DNA of 64,000 bases from Magallana gigas (taxonomy: Eukaryota). Below are positions 26,587-37,748 of this stretch, piece by piece (within the stretch, counting starts at the first letter, position 1; each line of letters starts with the position of its first letter). The DNA is taken from the NCBI RefSeq assembly GCF_963853765.1, contig NC_088854.1, positions 28,768,001 to 28,832,000 on the forward strand, read 5' to 3'. Under the pieces are notes generated by a model. The model saw only the letters and a program-made list of their open reading frames with translations, ran no database searches and was not told the origin of the DNA. Made by a program: the position numbers and the translations under genes.

Positions 26587-28221
26587 TTTTTGATATTGTT
26601 TAAATAAAGAACCATTTTGCAAATCTGTAATCCATAACAATCACTAAGTTTGCTTATCACTTCATCTAAATGGTCCAGAAAGAAGATTGTCATACAATGA
26701 GGGATTGTGTTAAATTCATTTTTTTTAAACAAATTCTTTAATGATTTCTCATCTGTTAAAGCCACTTGTATATGTCAGAAGTTTTCAAGTTTTTAATGTT
26801 TGCTACATGACTACAGGAAATTCCGTCGCGACCACTTTTCAATATCCTGATAATTCCTGTGATTGAAAAGCATGACTAACTAATCAGATACATGTAATTA
26901 TAAGTGAGATTTCATTAAAAAGGGCTAACTCAATCTTCACCCTAAAGCCCAGCTTTTTCTTATGTGCAATCAATGCTGGGTAATAAACTGTAGATGCCCA
27001 TGAACAGGGAATGTATGGCAGCCTTGTCTGATCTGGCCTGTCTGCAGTCTTCTTCTGGTCCGTTGAATGATGTGTAATTATAGTGTACTGAGCTGTAGTA
27101 AGGTCTTCCCTTGATCTCGGGTCCAGTGTGATTCATCAACTTGTCTGGCCTGTAGGTCACAGAGCTGTTGTCCACTGGTAATTCTAGTCCTCTGACCCCC
27201 CTGTGACCACCGAAACAGATTCTTAGATAAGTAAAATTACAGCCAATTTCAGCCCTGATTTATAGGGTAATGCTTGTTTTGAGGGTACTTCTGGTAGTAC
27301 TTATAAGGAGTGTTAATGGCACTGACTTGTGTTGGATAAGATGCATTTGAAAGTACTGGTAGAATGTTAGAAATGGCTTGATTCTAATTTGTAGATTTTG
27401 ATATAGGAGATGCTTATTTATATGAAAATAAATTGTACAATGCCCCAGGGCTTTTCCAGAAATGTTAAAAACTGTTGCCTTTGATTGTAATAAATGTGCT
27501 TTTGCAAGATTTATACATAATGTGATGATTTATTACTAAATCATATTACTTAAGCTGTCAACAACAAAAAAGTTGCAAACATGGGCGATTGTGTAACCTA
27601 ATTATTAAGCAAAAGTCCTAACTCTTCCCCAATAGCAGTGGTATTTTGCTGAAAAGTACCATTAAACCTGACTGAGATCTTTTGTTGTAATTGATTATTT
27701 CTTGTTGACTGCCCTAACCCTATGAAGTTCTAGCCCACCATAACACAGATAAGAGCCTTAAAATGAGAGGCTCTGAAGATCATAGTCCATCGAAGTCCAC
27801 AGAGTCTGACAGATCTTGTTCCCTGTAATTTAACCTGCAAAACAAAAGCAAGCTGATTGAAGTATAGATGACCCTTGGAGTTGGGATAGCTTCGACTTTT
27901 GTTTTGATGAGATTTTTATCTTGAAGGAGAAAAAACAGTCATCAATATTGCAAGCTTGCTCCTAGATTGGTCTGCTTTGATCTTTTTACGCTATTCCAAG
28001 TTATTTCTTTTTATGAGCTAGGGTCTGTAAGAAGGTTTTTATTGAAACAATTTCTAAGGCAGTTTGAATTTTTACAGGCTGTATTATATAAGAAAATTAA
28101 AAGTATGATCATAGTATTGTTCAATATACAAAATTTTTTTATTATACCCCCAGTCCGAAGGAGAGGGGGTATACTGTTTTACCCTTGTGTGTCTGTCCGT
28201 CCGTCCGTCCGTCCGTCCGTC

Positions 28222-28256
<35 letters not shown>

Positions 28257-31200
28257 CCGTCCGTAGCAAAAATTTCTGTCGCATTTATCTCAGCAACTAT
28301 TTATCGCAGATGCTTGAAATTTTAACACAGTGTTTGTTAAGGCATGCCATATCATGGGATATATTTTTGTACCAATCGGACGTCAACTTCCTGTTAAATG
28401 ACGACTTTGCTTATTTTTTAACTAAAATTTTCAAACGAATTTTCGTCAAAGATTTCTCAGCAACTGTTTATCGCAGATGCTTGAAATTTTTACACAGTAT
28501 TTGTATAGGCATGCCATATCGTGGGATATATTTTTGTACCAATCAGACGTCAACTTCCTGTTAAATGACGACTTTGTTTATTTTTTGCCAAAATTTTCAA
28601 ACAAATTTTCCTCAAAGAATTCTCAGCAACTATTTATCGCAGATGCTTGAAATTTTAAAACACTATTTGTTTAGGCATGCAATATCGTGGGATATATATT
28701 TGTATCAATCGGACGTCAACTTCCTGTTAAATGACAACTTTGCTTATTTTTTAACCAAATTTTCAAACAAATTTTCGTCAAAGATTTCTCAGCAACTATT
28801 TATCGCAGATGCTTGAAATTTTAACACAGTGTTTGTTAAGGCATGCCATATCGTGGGATATATTTTTGTACCAATCGGACGTCAACTTATTGTTAAATGA
28901 CGACTTTGCTTATTTTTTAACCAAAACTTTCAAACAAATTTTCGTCAAAGAATTCTCAGCAGCTATTTATCGTAGATGCTTGAAATTTTAACACACTATT
29001 TGTTTTGGCATGCCATATTGTGGGATATATTTTTGTATCAATCAGACGTCAACTTCCTGTTAAATAATGACTTTGTTTATTTTTTGCCAAAATTTTCAAA
29101 CAAATTTTCGTCAAAGATTTCTCAGCAGCTATTTATCGGAGATGCTTTAAATTTTAACACACTATTTTTTAAGGCATGCCATATCGTGGGATATATTTTT
29201 GTACCAATCGGACGTCATCTTCCTGTTAAATAATGACTTTGTTTATTTTAGCCAAATTTTCAAACAAATTTTCCTCAAAGATTTCTCAGCAGCTTTTTAT
29301 CGGAGATGCTTTAAATTTTAACACACTATTTTTTAAGGCATGCCATATCGTGGGATATATTTTTGTACCAATCGGACGTCATCTTCCTGTTAAATGAGTA
29401 CTTTGTTTATTTTAGCCAAAATTTTCAAACAAATTTTCCTCAAAGATTTCTCAGCAGCTATTTATCGCAGATGCTTGAAATTTTAACAAACTATTTGTTT
29501 AGGCATGCCATATTGTGGGATATATTTCTGTACCAATCGGATGCCAGCTTTCTGTTAAATGTCGACTTTGCTTATTTTGCATATTCACATCAGAGCGGGG
29601 GTATCACTAGTGAGCATTGGCTCACAGATATCTTGTTTATGGGGATTTTTTTTGTTATTATTTAAAAAAAATGAATTGGAATTTATGTTAGAGAGATCTT
29701 TTTTATGTCATTTTCTTAGCTTTGGAGTTCAATGTGTCTATCTTGTATTTATTTTACAGATTCGGGGTTGCAAGTGTACCAATTTATGTCAACTTGATTC
29801 GTGATCCATTAGAACGACTTGTCTCCTACTACTATTTTGTACGCTATGGGGATGATTTCCGACCAAATCTGCGAAGGAGAAAAGCTGGAAATACTGAGGT
29901 AAGCAATAACAGCAGCAGATTCAAAGTGATTGAACAATGCCCAGGTAAAGAAAGAAATTCCAGGTAGTGATAGTGTTGGTGTAGAGTGGTAACAGTGGTG
30001 GTACAACCACCTCAACCATCCTACAACAACACTACCATCATCTGCTCATCAATCACCAGCACTCAACACCACTGTCCCACCCAAACCCACAAACATTACA
30101 ATCATCATCACCAACACAACTGTCCATTTACCACAATGACCATTACTACTGACCCATCCCAACAACTACTAGCTACCACCAGAACCACCAAAAATGGTCC
30201 AACCACCACAGGTTCCACTACTATATTGCCACCACCTGAAACTAGATCCTTTTAATACCTCCAATAAACTATAGATTAATTCTACTATCACCACTTAACC
30301 TTTTTTGCAACCATTACAACTTGCCATGGTACCAGTAAATGATCATTCACTACCTCAAAACAACCATTACCAATACCACAATCATCGGGACCCGTGAGGC
30401 AGGGCCATAAAACTAAGATGAGCTCACTTTTGATATTGGTCTCACTTTTCCACTATATATGCATTTGTTAAAATTGAGACATAGTTCAATTTTGATCTAT
30501 GTCTCAATTTTAACAAATGCATATACAATGGAAAAGTGAGACCAATATCAAAAGTGAGTTCATCTAAGTTTTATGGCCCTGTACTATTTCTATGGAGCAT
30601 GTACTACTTCTACTACTGTTACTTCCACCTGCATTATCTTTTTGCACTGTGTAAATGTATGTACAAAGCCAATGCTTACTGGGTCTGCCACCATAATGAA
30701 AAAAAATCGGTGTTATTTTGTATTTAAATGATAACCTTGAGGAACCAAGAAATGCACTATAATGTTTCTGTGAATGAGGAAACGGTACACTCAGGGTATA
30801 AGAAATTGAAATTCATTGTTGACAGCTTGTCAAATCTGACATCAATATCGAGTTACTGAAGCTTGAAAATGAGTTGAACTACATTACAGGATTTAATTCT
30901 GTGTTTGTTTGGTTGCATGCTCCAATAGAAAGGTCTTATTCAATGCATAATTCAGATTTTGGGCTTTTAATTTGAGTTTTAAGATGTTATCAGGAAAGAA
31001 ATTCAATACAGCAACAGTATTCTCCATTATGGGCAACAAATTTGATTCTCGTGAATTATATCACACACATGTATCCAGTGTCAAAATTTGCATCAGAACC
31101 CTTTTTGTATAGAGGGCTCTTTTTGTCCCTCGTATCCGCTATACCTTGTATTTCAAAGCTACCGAGGGGCTCATTGTCATTGAAAAATTTTGAAAGGTTA

Positions 31201-34200
31201 TGTTACCTGTGGTATAATTTTTGGCTTGTTATGTGATGTGCAGCATGTTTGAAGCTGTCTAAGTCAATATAGTGTTTTATTTACATGCAGGCAGTAAGGT
31301 TTACATGCAAACAATAGGGAAAGAAGTTTGATCAATTTTTTACAGCCAAAAATATCTCATAACTTATTTTTAACCTACAAAACATGCCAATGCAAATATT
31401 TCACCAAGATGATTTGTTGTTTTTTAATAATTTGATGAGACCAAAATATTTATTAGAGGTACATATGTCAAGGTTTTGAAACAGGGATTTTTGGGGGGAT
31501 AGGGGTGGGGGTGAAGGGAAGGATGAGAGTTGATGAGATCTTTTGGCAGTGCACTTTAGACAAGTGAAGGAATCAAAATATGACAGCTGTTCTTGTTAAT
31601 CATGAGTAGATGGAGAAGGTTCTCCAAAGTAATAGACATCTCTACTCCAAACACTAAGAATCATTGACAGAACCTGAAGTGTCGCTGTGTTAGAAATGAG
31701 GAAAGTTTGGCAAAAAGATCGTCTTCAAGCATGTGGGGGCATAAAAAATGTAAAAAGTGAAAACAGGTTGATTCATTTCTGCCATTTTACCTTCTGTTGA
31801 AAATCTGCACCTGATGATCATGCAAAAAAAAAGCTATGGGAGTTTTCGGAATAAAATTGATGAAAATGTCCATACAGTTGGTTGAAATACCTGGAGCAAA
31901 TTCATGAGGACAATGTAAGGGTTATATAAAGACAAACACAAATCTGAATGCAGAATTGATTATATCTTATACAATTTTATTATTGAGGCAATATAATCAG
32001 TCACAGTTGTGCCATTTCCTCCTGTGTGGTTCTATCTTGTGGAAAAGAATGAGGTATAATTGGCCATTGTTTCCTAGTCCATAGGGAGATCGAGAGTATG
32101 TTAAGCTCTGAAGGAGGCATTTCTACCTCCAGTAAAGAAGATGTCACAGATTCCTGCAGTGGCAGTCAAGCTCATCAAAACATTGAATTTCCAGCCTTAA
32201 CGATTAGTCTTTGCATGATGAATGTTTCTTATGGCCTCCATGGATAACGCAAAAAATGCTCTTTATATGAATTTAGGCTTCTAGGATGGCAAATATCTTG
32301 TGCTTTCAAATGCATGCAGATCGAGACAAAATGTCTAAGCAGTGTCTTTTATGATCTAATGCAAATAAAATTATGGAGTAATATGAAGGATTCTGACTTG
32401 TGATAAATCCCAGTTCTTCTTTTGATTGAAAAGCAGGACAAAGGTCTTACCAGATGTATTTGATGTAATTTTTTGTCTATCTCATGACAGTTGTTATTAT
32501 GAAATGGGAGGAAATGAGTTTGTTATATTGAGAGATCCTGTAATTTAATTTGGAACAAAAAATACATTAAGCAGAGTAGTGATTGGACTTATTAAGGTAA
32601 CTATGAGCAAATAGAGAGATCTTGATTCAGCCAGTACACTATCAGATGCCTGGTAAATTGGTTCCAAAGTAATAGTTTAACTTCATTTTAGAAGCATCAA
32701 CACTGTGTTGCACTAGACATCGATACACTGTAACTTCCATAATGCAGAGTATTTTACAATTTCTGTGAATTTGAGAAAAACATTTCTAGAAAATATTGAC
32801 AAATTGATGAAATTCATAATGATAAGTGTATGGTTTAGTGATATCTGTAGATTACTTCTTCTCTGAGACTTTCTAAAAAGTTTTTATGATGACAGTGCTT
32901 CAATATTTTGTGTTAAACCCTCATTAGTCAAGCTTAGCCATTCATACAAAAGTGTAAAAATAATTATGGCAATAATTTCTTAAAATTTTTGTTGATCTTT
33001 TTTTTTTTAGATATTCTTTGGTATAGTTTAACTATCATCTGATAATTTACTGATATTTTACTTAAATATTCGGTATACTTCCATGCTCTAATGCTTTTTT
33101 TACCTTATATTAAGTCTTGTACTTTAATTCATTTGATAATAAACATAATGGGTTTCACATGCATTATAAATATGGTTATGATCTTGTTATTATTGATTAA
33201 GTATTTGTGTAATTTCTTCCTTATCTTTTTCTGTAGACCCTGGATGAGTGTGTAGAGAAGGGAGGCAGTGACTGTGACCCAGAGCACCTGTGGTTACAGA
33301 TTCCTTTCTTCTGTGGACAGGATGCTATGTGCTGGTAAAAGACCCATAATTTATAATCAAAATACTGAAAGTACTCGTGTTTAAAGTTTGACATGTTTAA
33401 TGTTGATTGATCATCAATATATGATTTATACCTGTTCCCAGAATACTTTACAGTTAGTTCTCATGTGCAGTTGTTGATTTGAAGTCGGATACAATTCTCA
33501 TAAAAAAATATCTAAGTTCTTGATACAATTGTAAAAGTTGGAGAATATCAAAAATGTTTTCCAGTTTATATCCATGTAACTATGTATAAAGACATGAAAC
33601 CAACCCAATGTATGCTTTATAAAAGCTTGAATTGCTGTTTATTTCAGGGAGCCTGGCAACAAGTGGGCTCTAGAAATGGCCAAGGAGAACGTCCTGCGGC
33701 ATTACCTGGTGGTGGGGATCACTGAAGAGCTGGGGGATTTTGTGGCGGTCCTCGAGGCTGTCTTACCAAGGTTCTTTAGGGGGGCTGTCAAACTTTTTCA
33801 AGAAGGTAAGCATTCTTCAATTTAGAATTAAACACATAGGACAGAATGTGCAGGTTTGAAAACTTGTTCAAATTTTTCTATGAGAATAACAGATATTACT
33901 GTGAATGTACTTAATATAAGGCATATACGTTTTGGCCAAAATTGATTTTAAAACAAGTGAACAAAATTGTTATTTTAAAAATTTTTATTTTATATTTTCA
34001 AGTTTTTATGTGCATGTTATTTAGAACTTTACTTGATTTTGTTACTTCTTAGGTACCAAATCACATTTGAGAAGGACTTCTCATAAAGTGCCCCCAAAGC
34101 CAGAGACTTTAGCTAAGATACAGGATTCCAAAATTTGGAAAATGGAGAATGAATTTTATCAATTTGTTCGCAAACAATTTCGCTTTGTGAGATCTCAGAC

Positions 34201-34273
34201 TTTTCAACTGGTTAAAGGGCAATATGTTGAGAAAAGCAATCGATTCCATTTTGAAAAAATCCGACCAAGATGA
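12737..34273 (+). CDS. HS2ST1: Heparan sulfate 2-O-sulfotransferase 1, 8 coding exons, 365 aa
   Basis: Exons: 12737-12851, 14466-14572, 17535-17708, 22419-22504, 29760-29898, 33237-33334, 33648-33805, 34053-34273. All are GT-AG with compatible phases, total 1098 nt. Features: N-terminal type II TM segment, 5'-PSB loop [15 protein letters not shown], 3'-[21 protein letters not shown]-like [23 protein letters not shown], and C-terminal HLRRT...[10 protein letters not shown]...FEKIRPR. Exon 1 and the start codon are the least certain part. Confidence 0.95.
12976..13018. repeat. (CT)n microsatellite
   Basis: About 21 CT units, read directly. Confidence 0.98.
13339..13862. mobile_element. Probable non-autonomous TIR DNA transposon (MITE-like, ~520 bp)
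   Basis: Imperfect inverted ends (GACTATGTGTGGT...GCCCCCAA versus TTGGGGGC...ACCGCACAGAGTC) and a locally CpG-rich interior. TSD not resolved. Confidence 0.5.
15541..15567 (+). CDS. Candidate 27-nt in-frame microexon of HS2ST (LNKVPEIVQ) in the stem region
   Basis: Acceptor CTTTTGGTCATTTTTTTAG| and donor CAA|GTAAGT. It is phase 0-0, matching flanking exons 2 and 3, and has no stop codon. Confidence 0.6.
21468..21720. mobile_element. Probable MITE (~250 bp)
   Basis: Subterminal inverted repeats TGTTAGTTTGGAATTGC / GCAATTCCAAACAAACA. Boundaries approximate. Confidence 0.45.
23676..23712 (-). other. G-quadruplex / i-motif-prone tract
   Basis: Six C-runs of 4-6 nt separated by 1-3 nt loops on the plus strand (G-runs on minus), in an AT-rich intron. 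Confidence 0.7.
26533..26580. repeat. (GA)24 microsatellite
   Basis: Read directly. Confidence 0.98.
28141..29638 (-). mobile_element. Helentron-like / pearl-type non-autonomous element with 8 internal ~166-bp tandem repeats
   Basis: Terminal hairpin TATACCCCC...GGGGGTATA (28143-28173), then a (GTCC/GTCT)n microsatellite (~28194-28264). Monomers recur at 28289, 28456, 28622, 28788, 28955, 29121, 29285 and 29450. The other end has the subterminal GGGGGTAT and ...TCTTGTTT. Confidence 0.88.
29960..30380. repeat. Degenerate (CAC/CAA)n low-complexity tract
   Basis: ACC/CAA-rich degenerate trinucleotide sequence. It accounts for the Thr/His-rich spurious ORF at 29986-30255. Confidence 0.75.
30400..30581. 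mobile_element. 182-bp foldback palindrome (MITE-like)
   Basis: Arms 30400-30484 and 30497-30581 (85 bp each, few mismatches), with termini CAGGGCCATAAAAC / GTTTTATGGCCCTG. No clear TSD. Confidence 0.8.
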
Positions 34274-34386
34274 GCTGACGTGGAACAAAGGAAAGCTTAA
34301 GCCATCACACTATTTCAGTAACATGGTGCTCTGTATGTTTTGTTGTTTATAAATTATAAACTGATTGGCTGATGTTAGATGAATAA

Positions 34387-34570
34387 CTGTAAACAGGGTT
34401 ATTTTTGCCCCATGTAATGTTCGCTCTTCTACATAATTTGCAAACAGTTTCGCCCTGTCTTAAATTTGTTCAGACACAATTGTATTGAAAGAGAGATAAT
34501 TTGAGAAAATTAACCCAGCTTTTAATTTGCTACTGACAAGGAGGGAGGGTGAATATTTCCCTGTATACAG
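34387..34570. mobile_element. Small MITE in the HS2ST 3'UTR
   Basis: Inverted ends ACTGTAAACAGGG / CCCTGTATACAGT. Confidence 0.65.
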
Positions 34571-35795
34571 TTTAGTGTCTTTTTTAAGGCATAGAATATG
34601 TAAATACACAAAATTCTGCTTCCTTACAACACTTGTACACTGCATTTGCTGATAAAAAAATTGTTTATTCTTGTGTTCAGAATGACTATAAGTATTGTGA
34701 TCAAATTTTATTGAAGAATGTTTAATGTTACACACAGCTTTAAGATATAAATATCTTTACCCAGTCATTGCATGACCTAATGAAATGATTTTATAATAAT
34801 GTGCTCTTATGGTCTGTGTTAACTGAATTTATTTTTATTTCCTTTATTTCCTCTCCTCCCCCATGCTCATTGTTAAGAGATGGTGAATGGATATTTTCCT
34901 TCAGGATCATGAGATTTTTATGAAATAAGAGAACCTTTTTTTTAATTCTTAGGATCAGTTAATGTTGGACAAAGTATATTTTTTCCTGAACCTTTATCCC
35001 ATGATCTGAGTAAATATTGTTTTCCATGATATTATGTTTAATCATTCTTTTTGCCTCTGCACTTGTTAACGAAGTATACTGAATATTTTTGTTAACCCAT
35101 CTGTGTCACTGTTGAGACATATCATATGTGTATGCTAGGTTTATAACTGAGATGATAGTCATTGAGAAAGTCAGTGAAAAAAAAAAACATGCTGGTGTGA
35201 AACTTGAGAGAATAATTATAATCTTCTTTATAATTAGAATGTTCTCTTGTACTGGAGTCATGCTGGTAGTTTGAAAGTTTATAGGAATTTCTGTATGAAG
35301 GAACATATCAAGTGGTTTTTAAAATACTGCAGTATTAACATGTACATTTAATCCCACATTTCCTTCTTTCAAATAATAATTAGATATAAATGTAACTCAA
35401 TAGACAGTACTACCTCTGTGAATTTTTTTTTTATTTAGAGTTACCTCTCTTTGTTCTGTTTTTCATGAAGGAGAAATTGTCATTTCTTAAGGAATTATAT
35501 ACCATAAAGAATTAATCGTACATTTTTTCTTCTCATGATTTTGAAGTATTCGCAATTAATACTACTATTTTTATTAGCATTAAATGATGTTTCTAGAAAT
35601 TTCAAAGTATTGTCAAGGCTGTGCAAGTTAAAACTGACTATGTGAAGATGAACGAGATCACTTGTAAAGCCATTGATTGGTGTAAGATTTTATAATAAAA
35701 TTCTGTCAGTGTTGATAATTCAACTATTTATCCACTAGGATATTTATTCATGATCAGGAACTTTATGTAAAGATATATTATAAGTCAGGAGACTA

Positions 35796-36013
35796 CTGTA
35801 GATTCCTAATCAGAAGCGAGGAATTAATATACGAGGAAAATTGCAGGAAGCACATCTCACAGATTTTAATATCTTGCTTTTATATATTGAACAGATGTAA
35901 ACTAATTGAAACTAAGATGAAAATTCCGCTTTGTTGACATCATATTCAAGCGATTTAATGCAAAATGGTGGAATTGCGGAATTAAGTACTCGCTTAAAAT
36001 AAGGAATCTACAG
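35796..36013. mobile_element. Tc1/mariner-type MITE (TA TSD), 218 bp
   Basis: TA|CTGTAGATTCCT ... AGGAATCTACAG|TA. Degraded remnants recur in the duplicated copies (~39050-39230, ~42440-42540), and a split copy lies at 59565-62558. Confidence 0.8.
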
Positions 36014-37658
36014 TATAATATGTGCTAGAAAAAATTATTTAGCATTACGTGAATCAAAAGTTTATGATGGACATTGAGATGTCTTCATAATTCTGAACAC
36101 AAAAAAATGTGGTGGTACAGTGTACTTCCAATTTTGAATATGTATTTTGGTTGTGAGACCAAAGTCTGTTGAATTTTGTTATTCATTCCATGTCTGTGTT
36201 TGTATATGTTTTAATTTCATATGTCTCCAATAACCACATTGTTGGAAACACACATCCAGTCTTACTTGCATCTATTGACCAAGAGCCAATTAAATCACTC
36301 ATAAATAATGTAATGTTTATTGATCCAATTTCGTTGTTTTTTTTGGAGTTTTTTTGTTTTTTTGGGGGGGGGGGTAGTTATGTAAGAAAACATTTTACCA
36401 GGTATAAACTAGCTAATAAGGTCAATGCAAGAATTTGATAAAATCATTTACCCTTAAAAAAGAACAATACTCATATTTTGGTGTTTTATACTTTTATTGG
36501 CTAAATTGTGAGACATGCCGAGAAATTTTTATCTAATTGACCATGACCCAAAGTTTATTTGATACTGGACTGGGCTTCTTACACTGACTTGCATATTTTT
36601 TTTGCATACTATTGATCTAAAATCATAATTTTAGTTTTCTGAGATGATTTACTACCTGGTAATCTACTGTTATGAATTTTGAATTCTTACATCCCTTCTA
36701 TATGGATGTGAATAATATAAGAGATTTTTAGGTATCCCGAGAACTTTTTTTACTTTTTGACAAAAAAGTGGCAAAGCATAATACAAGGTATTTGCTAAAT
36801 ACAGGAAAGTGCCATACTTACTTGACATTGAAAAAAAAATCTTTAAATTACTATTTCTTTTGACAACAAAGACAGTTTGTGTTAAAATAAAGGGAAAAGC
36901 AAGATATCACACTTTTTTGAATGTCAAATACAAGATGAATCTTGATGAAATAAATGTGGCTTTTTCTATGTCAGTGTTGAGAGAGTGTGTCAAATATTCA
37001 AGTAACTGTTAAATCCATTGTCTTCCGGACGTATGTTCATTTTATCTATTTTTTTGCCATGTAAATCATTGAATAGTCATACATGGAATTTAATTTAAAC
37101 ACATTTGCTGTTATATGATTTTACTTGTCATTTTATGTTTGTTATATGTTTTAAAGAAGGGATATTGAATAAAGTTAGAAAATCAATGTCTGGCACCTTT
37201 ATTTTTCACTTATGCCGATCTTCAAACTGAGTAGATTTGCTTTACTGATATCATGACGCCAGGACACTGAATTAATATTGAATGCATTTTGTTAAAAAAG
37301 TGTTTAAAAATAAATGCATATCAAGGTCTTCTTTGTCCAGATGTTTAAAACCAATGTGAACTGACCTCAACCATCTAGTTTCATTAAGATCACTTGTGCA
37401 ACCTTTCAACAAGAGTTGCTTTCATTTTGCAAAGCGTTAATCAGTTAAGCATGCAGTGTCTCAGTCAAAAGATCGAGTCATTGACTTGGTTAAACTGATT
37501 GTTTTTCCAGACTTGTTTTAATGCCCAGAATTAATATTTACCTATGTAACCATGTCTACATCTTTAGGCTACAATTTGTCATATGCTAATAATTTTCAGA
37601 GAGAAAAAAGATGTCTTTTGGATAATAAAACCAAAATTCAAAAAATACATAATAAAAC

Positions 37659-37660
<2 letters not shown>

Positions 37661-37730
<70 letters not shown>
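37661..37730. repeat. (TA)35 microsatellite
   Basis: Read directly. Confidence 0.98.
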
Positions 37731-37734
<4 letters not shown>

Positions 37735-37748
37735 CTAACTGGAATTCC

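Larger units (their letters stand above)
34710..37748. repeat. Segmental tandem duplication, copy A (HS2ST 3'UTR and flank)
   Basis: Collinear with 37935-41140. AATAAA at 37168-37173 is a candidate polyadenylation signal. Confidence 0.9.

Noticed and set aside
28289-29620. Regularly spaced repeats resembling a CRISPR array, and the 60-125-aa ORFs over them (same for 60046-62243)
   Set aside because: The units are full-length tandem monomers without unique spacers, inside eukaryotic TE termini. The ORFs are repeat translations.
32098-32247. 49-codon plus-strand [13 protein letters not shown]... in intron 5
   Set aside because: Short, with no splice support and no recognisable motif.
17709-33236. 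Duplicated mutually exclusive sulfotransferase exons as in Drosophila pipe
   Set aside because: No second copy of any catalytic exon motif was seen in the introns.
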